Of a DNA stretch of 24,000 nt, positions 23,417 to 24,000 are shown piece by piece. The notes below the pieces were generated by a model, which saw only the letters and a program-made list of their open reading frames with translations, was not told where the DNA came from and ran no database searches. This DNA is from Bacillales bacterium UBA3375 (GTDB lineage: Bacteria > Bacillota_I > Bacilli_A > UBA3375): assembly GCA_002359095.1 (NCBI GenBank), contig DEQD01000035.1, forward strand, positions 17,440 through 41,439, in the 5' to 3' direction. Within the stretch, counting starts at the first letter, position 1. Each line of letters starts with the position of its first letter. Made by a program: the position numbers and the translations under genes.

Positions 23417-24000
23417 ATCCATGTTATTTTTCTCTCTGTACCATTGATAATTCTTTTGATATTAGAACGGTGTAAATAGATTACAGCTAAGTTAATTACA
23501 AATACAAATAGAGCTCCGACATAATCTTTAATCATAAGAAGTAGTGCAGCATATACAAAGATTGCTAAAATTGAAGATAGGGAAACATATTTAGATATTT
23601 TTAAAATAATTAAGAATGAAGTAATTGCAATTAATGCAAAGATAAAATTATAAGTTAGAGCAAATCCAAAGCAAGTTGCAATTCCTTTTCCCCCTTTAAA
23701 CTTAATAAAAATACTAAAGGCATGACCTAAAACGGCAAATGGAAAGACAATTAATGGATTTAATCCTAAGTATTTAGATACTAATACAGCTATAGCCCCT
23801 TTAGACATATCTAAAATAAAACATAAGATAAAAGATTTTTTACCTGTTGCTCTTCCTAAGTTAGAACCACCTATGTTTCCACTTCCAAAGTTTAATAAAT
23901 CTACTCCATGATGTTTAGCTATAAGTAAAGCAAAAGGAATAGAACCATAAAAATAACAACCTAGACAAACTACTAGATATAGAAAAATTTCATGTTGCAT
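23413..24000 (-). CDS. plsY: Glycerol-3-phosphate acyltransferase PlsY (acyl-phosphate dependent)
   Basis: The reverse strand encodes CYFYGSIPFALLIAK, FGSGNIGGSNLGRATGKK and FKGGKGIATCFG, the PlsY motifs. 195 aa. The ATG sits exactly at the window edge (24000-23998), so a further upstream start cannot be excluded. Confidence 0.88.
   Translation of the reverse strand: MQHEIFLYLVVCLGCYFYGSIPFALLIAKHHGVDLLNFGSGNIGGSNLGRATGKKSFILCFILDMSKGAIAVLVSKYLGLNPLIVFPFAVLGHAFSIFIKFKGGKGIATCFGFALTYNFIFALIAITSFLIILKISKYVSLSSILAIFVYAALLLMIKDYVGALFVFVINLAVIYLHRSNIKRIINGTERKITWM

Noticed and set aside
1-24000. Search for defence systems, mobile elements, CRISPR arrays, integrases, transposases, TA pairs and prophage remnants
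   Set aside because: None found. Every ORF over 70 codons on the coding strand is accounted for by housekeeping or transport functions or by small hypothetical proteins. No direct or inverted long repeats flank any segment. The only accessory-like genes are yhgE/pip and the hydrolase pseudogene.

Overview
Very AT-rich chromosome segment, by eye well under 35% GC. It uses the standard genetic code: TGA is a stop at the aroA end (11232-11234) and Trp is TGG. It looks like a low-GC Bacillota or walled Mollicutes relative, possibly Erysipelotrichia-like. Nearly everything is on the + strand and tightly packed. Gene order is: M42 peptidase (5' truncated by the window), small membrane protein, ytpR-like tRNA-binding protein, murC, hprK, lgt, plsX, rnc, aroF (DAHP synthase), YhgE/Pip membrane protein, aroB, aroA, TDT-family transporter, tRNA-His (minus strand), APC amino-acid permease, PTS EIICB (glucose family), FemAB-family peptidyltransferase, efp, small Asp23-like protein, nusB, xseA, a decayed beta-lactamase-like serine hydrolase pseudogene, xseB, mltG, an aroQ ORF running in frame into gmk, an orphan polytopic membrane protein, and plsY (minus strand). 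I see no CRISPR array, transposase, integrase, prophage remnant, toxin-antitoxin pair or recognisable defence island, so this reads as a core housekeeping region of a streamlined genome. The items most worth a second look are: (1) the AroQ-Gmk read-through fusion ORF; (2) the multiply disrupted serine-hydrolase pseudogene between xseA and xseB; (3) a shikimate gene set that is scattered, interrupted by a YhgE/Pip gene and translationally coupled to a TDT transporter; (4) a perfect CcpA cre operator on the PTS promoter, in the same window as hprK; and (5) a roughly 90-aa loop insertion in the EIIC domain. All functional calls come from motif recognition by eye. No database search was possible.
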